Shown here: in pieces, positions 34,001 to 41,913 of the stretch
Layout of the letters: every line of letters starts with the position of its first letter
Position numbering within the stretch: the stretch's first letter is position 1
DNA from: a virus
Length of the DNA: 64,000 bases
Virus record (IMG/VR): IMGVR_UViG_3300009073_000018
Direction: 5' to 3' (one strand)
Program-made: the position numbers and the translations under genes
Notes under the pieces: model-generated
Database searches by the model: none
Seen by the model: only the letters and a program-made list of their open reading frames with translations
Told to the model about the DNA's origin: nothing

Positions 34001-36988
34001 AGTAGTCTTACAGAACGCATGTATACTGATAGAACTGTGTTAGATTATTGGGTAGGAGATGTAAGTAATAGTGATAATCCTTTATTAGGAATGGCTGCTA
34101 AAGAAATAAATAATATAGTAAAAAGTGTAGATAGATGGACTAAAGATAAAGGAGATGAAATAACTAAGTATGTTTTTGAACAAAAAGATCATATTGAAAA
34201 AGATAAAAGATTTGCTAAAAAACTAAAAAAGTATGGATATAGTTCTTTAGAAGAATCTTTATATGAATTAGATCATAAAGGTAAGTTAACTGGTTACTAT
34301 CAGAGTAAGTATAATATTGGTGGAGCTAACGGATTTGAAACTAAAAGACAAGAACAAGCTGAAATTATATATAAAAAAATAGAAGCACATGCTAAAAAAC
34401 TTGGTGTAGATTTAGTATTAACTAGAGGACAGAATTCAGAGGCCAGTAAAGCTAGAGATCAAGAACTAAAAGGACTGTACTTAAGTGAAAGTACTATACT
34501 TACTAAGTCAGAGAAAAAAGCTGAGTTTAAAAAGAGAAAAGAATTAACTAGAATGTATAGAGGACTATGGCAAACTTGGTTTATAAATAATACTGATCCC
34601 ATATTTATAGAGAATGCTAAAGAAAAAATGAAAAATGAGTTACCTCCAGAAGTATTTAATAGAATCTTAGCTGACTCTAAAATCACAAATAGTAATTCTA
34701 TAAAAGAAATAGAAAAATTAGAACTACAACTAGAAGAGGCTACGTTGAAATTAGAAGCAAATCCTGATGTTCAAAAATGGAAAGATTGGAAGGCTAATCT
34801 CATATCTAGATTAGATAGAGCTAAAACAGAAGCATCTACATTTAATTGGTCTATTAATTATATTATAGAGAAAAGAAGACATGAAAAATCTGAAATAGGA
34901 TTTAAAGAATGGTTAGAGTCTAATATAAAAAGAGATATGGCAGGTAATTTATACTACTCTGGAGAGTTAGTAACCCCTGCTGCAAAGTATGAAAATAAAG
35001 TGTACAAGGATTTTAATTCTCATGAAAGTAATGGAGAAAAAGCTTGGAGTAACTTAAAAAACAAATTAGAAACAGAAGTACATGAAGCTAAAGGTAAGCT
35101 ACCAGACATATATAGTGCTAGTTACGCTGTAAGAAACAGAGCTATAGCCATAACAGAATCTATGATGGATTTAGCTTTAACTAAACATGGTATATTTACT
35201 AAAAGAGGCTTGTCTAGATTGTCAGAAAGATTTAGAGACAAAGTAAAAGATGCTTTTAAACTAAAAGTAGATGATGATTTATATGGTACAGATCCTAATT
35301 TACTATCTGAGTTAGGTTTTAGAAATAAAGTTCCACCTATAAGGTATATTTCTAAAATGGAAAATCCTAATTTACTTAGTAGAGATGTGTTTAGTTCTCT
35401 TATTATATTTCATGAGATGGCTGAGAATTATGTAGCAATGTCTAAAGCTTTACCTAAGCTAGGAGTTTATAGAGAAGTATTAAAGAATGGTAGATACAAA
35501 TTTCCCAAAGGGAGGTCTTTAAGAAAAGGAAAGTTTAATAACTCTGAAGTAGACAGTATAGCTAAAGGCAAAGAGTCTAATACATTTAAAAACTTTAATG
35601 AATTTATAGATAAGTTTGTATTTGGAGATTCATTTATACCTGGAACTAAACAAATAGGAGATAAATTAATAAATGCAGATAAAATAAACAATAGTATAGC
35701 AACTTACTTAAGAAGTAAAAACCTTCAAGGTAACTTTGCTGCTGCTGGTACTGCAATGATGACTACTTTTGTAGGTACTGCTATGGAAGCTTATATAGGT
35801 ACACACACTACTTGGGAAAGTGCTCTATGGGCATCTAAGAAAGTGTTAGGTAACATGAGACATATAGTTTCAGAGTTTGGTAAGGTTACCAGAGAGCATC
35901 CTGTTAATAGGTTCATAGATAAATTAACTATACTTAAAGGTAACGTAGATAGATTTAATAACTTAAATAAAAAGAGATCAGTTAGAAATCTATTTGGAAT
36001 ATTAAATTATGGTATATGGAAATTTGGTGACTATTTTCCTAAGGCTATAGCTATAATGTCATTAGCTCACAACCATAGAAAAATTGATGGTAAATGGTAT
36101 GATAGACAAGGTTTCTTTTCAATAGGAGGTACTAAAGAACAATGGGCAGAGGCTAGAGAAGATAACTTTTATAATGAATTCTTAAATAATGAAGAGGGGA
36201 TTTCTGAAAGCTTATGGAATAGAGTTAACAACAAGGCACAAAGATTAACAGATCATATAGATTCACAACCTAGTGAGATAGCCAAAGGTATGTTAACTAG
36301 AAGAGCTGCTGCTAGTTATATACTACTGCATAGATTATATTTACCTCAAATAAAAGAAAGAGGATTCAAAAGAAAACAGTTTAATTATATAAGTGAAAAA
36401 GAAGAAATGGGATCTTTAGCTGCCACAGGTAGTGTATTAAGTGCCCTAGTTACTGACGGTGGTATGTTATCTTTAGAAGAGATGAAAAGTAGGTACTCAG
36501 AATTAAGTTATGCAGAACAAGAAGGATGGAGAAGATCAGTAGCATTAGCTGCATTTGGAGTTACTTTTTATATATTTGTAAAAATAATGTTAGCTGCAAT
36601 AGATGATGATGAAGAGAATGATGAAAGTGCTTTAACACAGTACGGTGCTTATGTAATGGTAAGAATATTTAAAGAGGTAACAGCACAAGTAAATCCATTT
36701 GAACTTATTAATCTTGCATCAAGACCAGTAGCAGGTTTAGAAATATTTGAGACTATGGGTATAATATTTTCAGAACTTACAAATAACTTAGCTTTCTGGA
36801 AAGATTTAGAAGAGGGTAAAGAAATATCAAGAGGAGTATATGAAGGTAAAAGTAAATTAAAAAGAGCACTTATTAAAGCAACTCCATTTGGTATAGGTAA
36901 AAGTTATGAAACTTTTCCTTTAAATACTCCTATAACACAAGGAGCTAAAGGTAATAAAGGTAAAAGAGTATATGTATGGAACAATTAA
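22082..36988 (+). CDS. Giant virion-packaged RNA polymerase polyprotein (crAss-like, phi14:2 gp66-type)
   Basis: 4968 aa; catalytic AGLDFDIDK (DFDID at aa 2757-2761, nt 30350-30364) preceded by YRIPTEGKYS; zincin-like EEAFH (aa 1362) and EETGH (aa 3569) motifs. Confidence 0.9.
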   Translation: MNEELERLHSNLLDKGYDLPDINQFYIDMGDPSKRQKLHSNLVGKGYNLPDFNTFSIDMGVQTEAEKKENGFIENLKLKTKDNNKKTISAKQSANLTSVGEKIFGVDLYSKTNERFNQGTKMLSILGSAGVDAIGGVLGATYGVAQEGLEKVGLKEEDNVNNIFSNNVHTISDYLKSLMTNKIKTTYKPPEKQYNEDGEILEDGIEKGLRNLKDKALNDPAFWYNDGADGLSSLLSFIGIGGVAGKGDKIAKLGTRLLGKADDGAEVVGKVARMKNYARSLGDGVVGASAAVAFEGVLEGKGIYEEVYEANIAKGIDPEVAKFKASTAAAETFKANAMLLGVPGLIQLNNMFKSINTKGVIRGALKLGAKTIVGAATEGFQESTQTAIGLYEKSKYIDGEYAEDGVNDVGYGNILKEYVEAVQTGNSEIYESFFLGNVLGGGTAGVVNAANYAKDLFVQDKDGGILTDDTGKPIMNQEAVKQHLNYISTITDQKALIDQANKDKDPELFNVAKREIIRSAIEKHFIHEEGNKIEDVKERTRALIEEKLGNSEDMTEEEREDAIEEYLGEVDNMYNLYEEVALVADKNGMDAKQTAMLLDFRSKEDWAEKTINRYKGALEATQSKNSVLDKRKKNDIMKSLVMLEEYQTENKKALSKLLSVKPKDPKEEAIKEEKPPKEKIEEGNGDVPTSVASELDKQTIEKINYTSFVNNEHIEQFKLENGIVDNPTLENALRRKLNNQFLKEEAINLGEMDPNVRYADAPLLKEVEENKIDAKFRELVGDTAEALLNQPFETKFEERNYQRIALEYYESRIPAAKEKPVDEKKVDKDRVDNKKAVKSINTGKVNKLEVGQKFHYINDKNKRETIFQIDSIVDGEVTATNSKGDSYSFSEKGFTDRINQNGPVSFIPYMKPTAHGPFKTYVHTISKDSRDDLKDEIHEYFIEGSNYVNSGQLKADDVVQLEVNKSHPYGDPLRNSNEMIVDVVVYHDNKRKVVGLLPDLNKVANNKEFNKLRKTREAIFKQATESSSTLVKSPYTLKVKDVLGSYSKTHNNPEGITRANSRPIKEVKGLKNGDVKLSLIVGKGKNKKAILSHKLDAEVRGKGPKHMNTGFNHLLMKDPGGKYIPIRLYTPFIKEEPELQNKIINSLKKGDLREVNNYVDLSDVIDNIETKGKTISVFLKDKLIARGNVKEVYESLGIDDKIVQVKQDFHKNETGLNHIKKYVRTDLGDKNKVTDSFFRASYFAIDDIVKDRKEKEVVDPTEVEQEEEFSEFVSPDKEQEEDLSDVDFDYHITDNPDFVPENDKQWFKWFRERFPEIGYKVSDEDIKKLYDIYNLGGASIYGVFKGASVLLASKRPEGTTREEAFHVAFNLFFNNNQKKKFYLEALQRYPKTLKYTKQQVLDAINNPQTSNSKGDGTTPKDSIEFAKQRGKILQAIEETIAKEFRELQAQDGTPQNVIQKLLKKLYDFILDGVGVVRSYLHDPNIDQLFRNIDRNTLGKNLLGKRKKTTQELFSRNVSKLISPRFSLSSMTPFQERRAISLLNRDFLPQILEANKIESLEEHFKHSKNINQGLSRLYGAIVGNEKKKGLLEIRLEGLKKLAAKDERYQASVDRVENIKKLLRKGLPVLSKMGRGEFLDSSSYNTEEIRFLQDLILDLRHSHGVNISATASNDVKSIEDSLEIGEGELNELWQVNYIKSNPHEAVSGRLKNLLGKIPVLVTKMKKVDGKLKKVKVPKKDGIGGIVYEDSTVVFNKLINGLSGSRDLNDMSDRLDALAVHENFATQLVDILNDKDNDNLNREFYTRFGGMVTANFMNMKFENGKLQIFNSNRQGLVNSMIDSFRNNLEALFFDNTSFDIDQKQINAIGKVIERIEERKSVFPLTKNIVNVFTAFGISVTPKIIHNLEDGIKVNGKVIHGGEGKAVISALEDLQVILDRVNKGLTVFGPEASADTASRLKNIFSILSKADNSLGLLNFLNIKGEKVYNNIQSNYLWRKVSDLLRDRGNSVENVKHLYFDATAPIYKWIDNTSYNIELKLLDGYKVNNIGIQYTDFSDALSNVVNINAFIESISDNTSFYRMPTLADASVSYFMRLPVFKIKEELGVSNYYEEIFAVAMQEYNRITKSTQDTGIKNFEENKNKFHFFPTLTIKDFGDLDANGKISEANKTNVQNKIEEYLEKEFNNFARSLANQNVILKNKEKNIYVRSEDLVKNANGIKIGKEIYSESFKDSLRLYHHNQFLMNTQMLTISSGDPAMYKRDIQKKQISPKKDKNGKKIPDNRRDVTEADYEAALTSLDYQKRHKQVHSPGLTYAFTKPNYSTVYLNTIEKSSVGLIAGQEKNEDTPIYKYLTDIGFDHDLATTITKSYRKNDTTDGQAYHTIDRRRDIEIAAGRWPKNGIKEKAYKKVKAGEQLTGQEALIFLTPIKPQVYDQIEVSDSNKKGLKIPVQHKDSEITLIPSLAAADKTGNLQKLLDAMNKNDIDVALFDSAVKVGGYNIIDFNDLENIPKNAIHSMSNSAWKEQGKVPQHLLDAKNLFGTQIRKHILSNLKPEEKGLYDKFHKAFSENIEEDLNALHVELSMNSTNKGKMLDELRARLFKEFDERSLQDKYKSALDIVGTGPLKADVDFAMPLWHPHIAGRVEPIINSFFKKVIKQKFNGPSLINVAQLGFDDLQIKFKEKDGKLNSIEYVEVAMPRWLADMNDLSIGDIADPSVLEGVVYRIPTEGKYSMFPIRVKTFLPTESSGIIVMPPEVTTIAGLDFDIDKVFAMMYHLKKNKKGELVRNDGKDVVDKDGNVVKIAQDSRERRDNDILDVVRDILTSPNHMEEMLYPGSFEYLKKIHKRLVNEKLIKKNKGSMNIASPASQIAFSNGNLMGKKLIGIVANNSAFHSLNQGLGLTTNGIMYNGELLNKIGLHKEVGPDTKTVDGVKQNIHKKNVSRAFQILAAATVDNAKDPILAALNINEHTINELSFLIHHGVSLMSAIRFINKPIVKSYVKYADAYKLNSDKGSVEDFYSNQKGFKPSKEKPDIVTAKSDKEVLLALVQISKQARDLNKVVQAVRFDSGGSGPTMIEIDHLITTHIGIWSKIKEKTFNVHGVEKILPKVHKELDKTTNTTEYSIESESEVSTINDFYKVILSEVNYASNFFPYFNEGFQNIKKDLSEELLNDHEFFTASQIKHINNFIINYNAHTHYHVPSQYISLDSFLKKFPKAFIKESKELMSTRYAPLLSIFKTKKSRNRVVLTTKRSTGLSPDALNNLDVLFEDLLRNKKYAKLANDLIAYSFLTTGFNFTRDGFSELIPVSYFKERREMLDSIKESNDLLGNNTEEQEKIKDIMIRNLHSVLVPYINKADIKPQMDGKLIRSFKLPKGHKYDELPHLNIKDERTDEVALYANNGHIFERIESFGIAGQVFQYNMLGEKLPENILKFTKSLKKFDKTKPRDLAKEVLEASGQIVEDTEEVSNNEFVTGDSIKDAPQDDRKNKDGLFLRLKDGKNDKKNNEKLKNFLQELLNRKGIEIMSVDKWLENFKDRHLDTSEKDRIVALADTLNKTIAFSKTDERGNPIIDSDTLSEETGHLIEQIIFENDKELWTQLLNSTDETGGSYIENTAIYIENAEAYKKEYGDNNVKLKREILGKIIGEHIQIQYKKNELGKKNRFLQLLSKAVDLVLNMFKTSPLKGIPKAINELLAGEVNEYFNSDALTSTSGLVLSKKGKRTDSITEVATNLVDTFERKERALKAREDRIKGNLRPLYNRLETTYAGQNILAEIKLIEDKAFRSEEDIKRLKDLYNLITLRSASKKEQKDIKSLVKLAETTFKLKEDIKNNREARALEDFLLGIKKLKLGEEATSKVKREGGLKQEIKTTLKVIEKYRENDNQVTLYEYEQLKEFIDYKKPAIKALMQLVNEGHDFKEMEKPNKFKKSVSKAFKDMKEIETFVDSRLAEIMRPILVRANTRPDGTLINPNLKAEDTLENILNSSLTERMYTDRTVLDYWVGDVSNSDNPLLGMAAKEINNIVKSVDRWTKDKGDEITKYVFEQKDHIEKDKRFAKKLKKYGYSSLEESLYELDHKGKLTGYYQSKYNIGGANGFETKRQEQAEIIYKKIEAHAKKLGVDLVLTRGQNSEASKARDQELKGLYLSESTILTKSEKKAEFKKRKELTRMYRGLWQTWFINNTDPIFIENAKEKMKNELPPEVFNRILADSKITNSNSIKEIEKLELQLEEATLKLEANPDVQKWKDWKANLISRLDRAKTEASTFNWSINYIIEKRRHEKSEIGFKEWLESNIKRDMAGNLYYSGELVTPAAKYENKVYKDFNSHESNGEKAWSNLKNKLETEVHEAKGKLPDIYSASYAVRNRAIAITESMMDLALTKHGIFTKRGLSRLSERFRDKVKDAFKLKVDDDLYGTDPNLLSELGFRNKVPPIRYISKMENPNLLSRDVFSSLIIFHEMAENYVAMSKALPKLGVYREVLKNGRYKFPKGRSLRKGKFNNSEVDSIAKGKESNTFKNFNEFIDKFVFGDSFIPGTKQIGDKLINADKINNSIATYLRSKNLQGNFAAAGTAMMTTFVGTAMEAYIGTHTTWESALWASKKVLGNMRHIVSEFGKVTREHPVNRFIDKLTILKGNVDRFNNLNKKRSVRNLFGILNYGIWKFGDYFPKAIAIMSLAHNHRKIDGKWYDRQGFFSIGGTKEQWAEAREDNFYNEFLNNEEGISESLWNRVNNKAQRLTDHIDSQPSEIAKGMLTRRAAASYILLHRLYLPQIKERGFKRKQFNYISEKEEMGSLAATGSVLSALVTDGGMLSLEEMKSRYSELSYAEQEGWRRSVALAAFGVTFYIFVKIMLAAIDDDEENDESALTQYGAYVMVRIFKEVTAQVNPFELINLASRPVAGLEIFETMGIIFSELTNNLAFWKDLEEGKEISRGVYEGKSKLKRALIKATPFGIGKSYETFPLNTPITQGAKGNKGKRVYVWNN

Positions 36989-36996
36989 AGCACGTT

Positions 36997-37026
36997 AAAA
37001 AAAAGAAGGTCTAAAGGACCTTCTTT
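36997..37026. terminator. Bidirectional intrinsic terminator between the convergent blocks
   Basis: aaagaaggtc-taaag-gaccttcttt, a 10-bp stem with an A-run upstream and a T-rich tract downstream. Confidence 0.85.
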
Positions 37027-37029
37027 ATA

Positions 37030-37332
37030 TTAGTATTTAGTTAAGTAGTTAAGCTCTTCTGTTATATTATTTTCAATTCTATTTAAATATTGACCTATGA
37101 TATTTGGTACTTTCTTGTCTACTATTATTTCTGTATGACCATAATTAAAAGTTATTTCTACTATCTTTATATCTAAATTTTTAAATATATTTTTTAAGTT
37201 CATTCCAAAATTACGTCTATTTGTTTTTAACTCTTGATCTAATAACCTTCTTATAGAAGGAAAACTTATACATAAACCTCTTCCTGAAATAATATCAGAG
37301 TGTTTTTTGTTAAATTTTTCACTTTCTATCAT
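37030..37332 (-). CDS. Hypothetical protein
   Basis: 100-aa ORF overlapping the upstream gene by 4 nt. Confidence 0.65.
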   Translation of the reverse strand: MIESEKFNKKHSDIISGRGLCISFPSIRRLLDQELKTNRRNFGMNLKNIFKNLDIKIVEITFNYGHTEIIVDKKVPNIIGQYLNRIENNITEELNYLTKY

Positions 37333-38222
37333 GATATATAATTTAAATTTAAAAAAGAAGTGAATTCTAAATTTATAATACTTTCTAATCTTTTAGATTT
37401 AATTTCTTTTAAAGTAAAAACAGAATCAGTAGTAACTAAACTATCAGCTTCTGTCTCTAAATTAGCAGTACCTCCTCTAAATGTACAGTGAGGGGTTATT
37501 ACATTTATTTCACAACCAAGATTGATATTAACTAACTCATCTAATAAAATTAATTCATCTTCACCGTCTGTTATATGTCCACTATAGATACATATTTTAT
37601 CAGGTATCATTCTATCTACCATAGTACAATGTATGATCTCTCCTCTTTTATTATATGTACAAATATTAGAAAGATTTAGTATATCATAGTTATATGCATC
37701 TAAATGGTTACTTAAATTCTCAGCTTCTTTATCTGATTTTTTTATAAAAATAATACCTATCTCATCTTTTGTATTGTTATATAATTTATCAAAAGCTTTT
37801 CTTATAAATATCTGTTCTTTAAATATATTTATTTTTCTTAAGCCTTTTGATATATAATTAGCTATAGGAGCAAAAGTATAAACATTATCAAAATCTAGAT
37901 TATTTATTCTATCAGCCATTATAGAATAAATAGAAGGATACACATCTTGTATACTTTTTAAAGGTCCTACTAAATAAGGAATAAATAAAGATATTTTTTT
38001 AGGGTTAAAAGATTTAACTAGCTTAGTAATTAATTCTAATTTAATTAAAGAGTTCTCATTTTCTAATCTAGTTATAATAATAATATCATTGCATGCTATA
38101 TCTTTACTTGACAACTCTAACTTATAAAAACCTTCTTTATCTCTTTTAAAATCATAATTTATAGTATCATATTCTAAACTAAATAGAAATCCATCTATAA
38201 GGTTGATCACTTTTTTCTTCAT
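37329..38222 (-). CDS. Ribose-phosphate pyrophosphokinase-like protein with eroded active site
   Basis: ISLFIPYL, V.TFAP and INVITPH.TF…DSLVTTDSV match the PRPS fold; the PRPP-binding VDDxxxxGxT loop is replaced by YSGHITDGED. Confidence 0.7.
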   Translation of the reverse strand: MKKKVINLIDGFLFSLEYDTINYDFKRDKEGFYKLELSSKDIACNDIIIITRLENENSLIKLELITKLVKSFNPKKISLFIPYLVGPLKSIQDVYPSIYSIMADRINNLDFDNVYTFAPIANYISKGLRKINIFKEQIFIRKAFDKLYNNTKDEIGIIFIKKSDKEAENLSNHLDAYNYDILNLSNICTYNKRGEIIHCTMVDRMIPDKICIYSGHITDGEDELILLDELVNINLGCEINVITPHCTFRGGTANLETEADSLVTTDSVFTLKEIKSKRLESIINLEFTSFLNLNYIS

Positions 38223-38955
38223 AATTTCTATTTAAAGATATATTTAAAGGGAATATTCCTAAAGATTCAGTACGCAACTCTTTAAATAAATTTTCATAAG
38301 TTGTTTGTCCTACTTTTTTAATAGCAGTAAAAGATCTAGTATACTCAGAACTGTTTTTAAAGTTCAATGTATGTCCTTTATACTCTATACTCATTTCTTC
38401 TTCTCTATTTATATGAGGAAAATATTTTATATAGTCATTATAATTTAATACTTTTAATTTATCATCAGGAGTATTATTTATAATACCTTTACAAAGCTTT
38501 TTTATTAGTTTTTTATCTGCATAATCTAGTCTATATAAAGTACAAAGATCTTTTTCTTTTATTTCTGACTTTTCTATTTTAGTTTTAATAAAGTTCTTTT
38601 TAAGTTTAGGCGCTGTTGTATAAAGAGAATCATTTATTGATTGCTTATATACCTCTACTTCTTTAGCGGCTCTTTTTATACTAGATTCATCTTTTTTCTT
38701 ATACTCTAAATACTTAAGATATATTTTTTTCCTTATATTTTTATCTTCTGATAATACATAAGATATGTTATCTAACATAGTACCTTTCATTCTAGCATAA
38801 TCAGACATCATAAAAAACCTATCTCTAGGTATTAAATTATTATGAAAGTTTTTTATATAATTACTTATAGATATTAAAGTAGCTTGAGTAATGCTTTTTG
38901 ATGAAATTCCTATTCCTTCATGTCCTTCATGTTCAAATTTTATTATACTATACAT
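38179..38955 (-). CDS. Hypothetical protein
   Basis: 258-aa ORF in the operon; no motif recognised. Confidence 0.65.
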   Translation of the reverse strand: MYSIIKFEHEGHEGIGISSKSITQATLISISNYIKNFHNNLIPRDRFFMMSDYARMKGTMLDNISYVLSEDKNIRKKIYLKYLEYKKKDESSIKRAAKEVEVYKQSINDSLYTTAPKLKKNFIKTKIEKSEIKEKDLCTLYRLDYADKKLIKKLCKGIINNTPDDKLKVLNYNDYIKYFPHINREEEMSIEYKGHTLNFKNSSEYTRSFTAIKKVGQTTYENLFKELRTESLGIFPLNISLNRNYEEKSDQPYRWISI

Positions 38956-39232
38956 TCTTATATTTTTTAGTGTTTACTTTCATTATTGCAATTTTTCTAT
39001 TGATATGTTTAGTTAAAAGATTTTTATCAATACATTCTTTAAGCATCTCTATTCTTATAATAACATCTCCTAACTCTTTTGTTATAGCTATTTCTCTACT
39101 AGTCCTACCTTTAGGTTTAGTAAACCAGCTAACTGTTTCTACACTTAATTCACTTAATTCTTCTGTTAATTTAATTAAGTTAAATTCTATGTCATTTTCT
39201 TTTGCTAATTTTTTTAAAAATGATATATCCAT
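38948..39232 (-). CDS. MazG-like NTP pyrophosphohydrolase
   Basis: KLTEELSEL…KELGDV (EExxE…ExxD) motif. Confidence 0.75.
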   Translation of the reverse strand: MDISFLKKLAKENDIEFNLIKLTEELSELSVETVSWFTKPKGRTSREIAITKELGDVIIRIEMLKECIDKNLLTKHINRKIAIMKVNTKKYKNV

Positions 39233-39324
39233 TAATTATTATTTAAAATCTAAGGAGGTGACTTATTTTATATTAAACATTGATCAAATGCTTTTCAAAT
39301 AAGCCCCCTACCTTTTCATTATTT

Positions 39325-41913
39325 TTAACATTTACTGTGTCCACAATTAACACATTTCAAACATCCCTCTTCTCTTACTATACAATCAGTACATTTACAC
39401 TCTGGACAAACTTCTTTGTCTTGTATCTCAGTAGGAGTATACTTTTTAAGTATTCTATTTACAACACTAGGTAAACTAGATATACTAGAATCTAATTTAG
39501 ATAATTGTTCAGATAAGAATTTAATATCAGCTCCATGTCTTAATGATGTAGAGATTAATCTACATAACATTTCACCATTTTCATCTTTAAAAGGATCTAA
39601 AATTACTTCTTTGTTTAAAGTTCCTGATTTGTATTCATATTTTCCAGAACCTTTTTTCTTAAGTTTTCCTATATCATTGAAGTCTTTAGTTTGATCAGCA
39701 AATTCTTTATTTTCTGTTATAAAAACTTCATAAGGATTACTATCAATTAAACCTACAAATACTAAGAAATCATTTTTCATATAAGTTACTCTATATAAAT
39801 GACATTCTAAATATTCTGGTCTTTTCATTGCATCTTTATAAGAAAACTTATTGTTATCAAGGTTTACTAATACACCTGTTCTGCAATTATCTCTATACAC
39901 AGTAACTCCTTTTAATCCAGATTTCCATCCTTTCATGTATACTTCATGTACATCTTCTACAGTAGCGTTTTCTGCCATGTTTACAGTAGAAGATATAGAA
40001 TGACTAGTAAATTTTTGAATAATAGCCTGTATATCTACTCTATCTTCTGGATCTATATCTTCTGCAGTACTTTGATACCAAGAAGATTCTTTAAAGTATT
40101 TCTTTAAGTCACTTTCTTTAAGAGTACTTACATCTTTTATTTTTTTAATATCTTCTAACCAGTATTTAAATTGAGGATGTAACACTATATATTCTGTCCA
40201 CTTATCTCCACTTTGATCTATAAAATCAACACTTGATACTGCGTCATCTGAATTAAGTTTTACTCTTCTTAAATAATAAGGTTTAAATAAGGGCTCAAGC
40301 CCACTAGTAGTCTGTGTCATTAAAGATACAGTACCAGTAGGGGCTACTGTTGAAAATGATACATTATATCTACCATGTTTTTTCATTTGTTCAACTAAAT
40401 CAGGAAATTCTTTAGCTATCATTTCAAAGAAAACATTCTTACCTTTATACTTACCTGATTCAGGTTCTGTAAATTCTTTATGAAAAGAATAACCTTTAAA
40501 GTGTCCAAACATTTTAGCTAAATCAATAGACTTTTCTAATTCAGACTTAAACTTTACTCTCATAAGCATTGCAACAAAGTCTTTTGACTCTTGACTTCCA
40601 TATTTGAATCCTAAAGCAGCTAGGCAGTCTCCTAAGGCCGTAAATCCTATTCCTATACGTCTACCATCTTTAGCTATTTTACCTATTTTAAGCCACATTT
40701 CTAACTCTGTTGAAGAAGCAGCTGGTTCACTTCTTATCTTTCTTATTATTTTAGATACTGCGTTTAGTTCTAAATTAATAACATCAGCTCCTAAATCAAT
40801 AGATTCACTACACATTTCTGAAAATTTAGCCCAATCAAAATGAGCATTTTCCCTAAATGGGTAATTAACATAACTTAATAAGTTATGTGCAAGTAATCTA
40901 CAAGCATCATATTCTGGTATCCATATTTCTCCGCAAGGATTAACAGTAATACCTCTATACTCATCATAAACTCCATCTGGAGAATATTTAACATGTCTAT
41001 CTTCAAATATTATACCAGGTTCTCCCCAAGCATGAGCAGTTTTAACTATTTTTTTCCAAAGATCAACAGCATTTACTATTCTAAATGAAATAGTTTTATC
41101 TCCTATTTTTTCTGTATATAATACATCTTCTAAGTAATCTCCTTTTACAAAATACTGATCTATCTTGTCTAGATACTTTATTCTCATATTATCATCAGGA
41201 AATAACTGTATAAAATGCTCTCCCTTTTCTACTGCTTGCATAAACTCATCACTTATCTTTATAGATATGTTAGCACCAGTTATGGAAGTAGTATCTGTTT
41301 TAGCAACAACAAAATCTCTAGAATCTGGATGATTTATGTGCATAGTAATCATTAAAGCACCCCTTCTTCCTTCTTGAGCTATTTCTCTAGTAGTGTTAGA
41401 GAATCTAGAAGCAAAAGAAACTGGTCCAGTAGATGTTTTAGCAGCATTTTTAGTAGGAGCCCCAGCACAACGTAAAGAAGTTAAATCTATACCTACTCCT
41501 CCCCTTCTCTTCATTAATTGAGCTAATTCTTCGTCTTTTTGATGAATACCTCCAATACTATCATGAGGTTGACCTACAACAAAACAATTACTTAAGCTAG
41601 CCATTTCTCCTGTTCCTAAAGTAGCCATAATAGAACCTTGTGGTACTAAATACTTAAAGTCTTTTAAATTGTTGTAAATATTATTTATAATTTTATTAAG
41701 AACAGCTGCCTCTGCTTTATCTAATTTATGAGGAAGTATTGCTTGATTTTTTTTGTATCTTTTATATCTAGCTAAACCAAATTGCTTAGCCATACGTAAT
41801 TGCATTTCTCTTACTGTAGCTCCTTTAGAATACTTATTTATAAAGACATTAGCTGCTAAGCTATCTCCTTTAAATTGCTCTATTGAATCTTGTAATATTA
41901 ACTCATCTTTCAT
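39325..41913 (-). CDS. nrdJ: Class II (adenosylcobalamin-dependent) ribonucleotide reductase
   Basis: SLSNCFV, NPCGEI, VAPTGTVS and KGVTVYRDNCR motifs; C-terminal CPEC…EEGCLKCVNCGHSKC; no adjacent beta subunit. Confidence 0.92.
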   Translation of the reverse strand: MKDELILQDSIEQFKGDSLAANVFINKYSKGATVREMQLRMAKQFGLARYKRYKKNQAILPHKLDKAEAAVLNKIINNIYNNLKDFKYLVPQGSIMATLGTGEMASLSNCFVVGQPHDSIGGIHQKDEELAQLMKRRGGVGIDLTSLRCAGAPTKNAAKTSTGPVSFASRFSNTTREIAQEGRRGALMITMHINHPDSRDFVVAKTDTTSITGANISIKISDEFMQAVEKGEHFIQLFPDDNMRIKYLDKIDQYFVKGDYLEDVLYTEKIGDKTISFRIVNAVDLWKKIVKTAHAWGEPGIIFEDRHVKYSPDGVYDEYRGITVNPCGEIWIPEYDACRLLAHNLLSYVNYPFRENAHFDWAKFSEMCSESIDLGADVINLELNAVSKIIRKIRSEPAASSTELEMWLKIGKIAKDGRRIGIGFTALGDCLAALGFKYGSQESKDFVAMLMRVKFKSELEKSIDLAKMFGHFKGYSFHKEFTEPESGKYKGKNVFFEMIAKEFPDLVEQMKKHGRYNVSFSTVAPTGTVSLMTQTTSGLEPLFKPYYLRRVKLNSDDAVSSVDFIDQSGDKWTEYIVLHPQFKYWLEDIKKIKDVSTLKESDLKKYFKESSWYQSTAEDIDPEDRVDIQAIIQKFTSHSISSTVNMAENATVEDVHEVYMKGWKSGLKGVTVYRDNCRTGVLVNLDNNKFSYKDAMKRPEYLECHLYRVTYMKNDFLVFVGLIDSNPYEVFITENKEFADQTKDFNDIGKLKKKGSGKYEYKSGTLNKEVILDPFKDENGEMLCRLISTSLRHGADIKFLSEQLSKLDSSISSLPSVVNRILKKYTPTEIQDKEVCPECKCTDCIVREEGCLKCVNCGHSKC

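Noticed and set aside
2125-35691. Many 60-130-aa alternative-frame or antisense ORFs inside the long + strand genes
   Set aside because: Fully nested in well-supported genes, with shadow-like composition and no motifs.
39325-41913. Intron or intein in nrdJ
   Set aside because: The ORF is continuous, of ordinary length, with normally spaced catalytic motifs.
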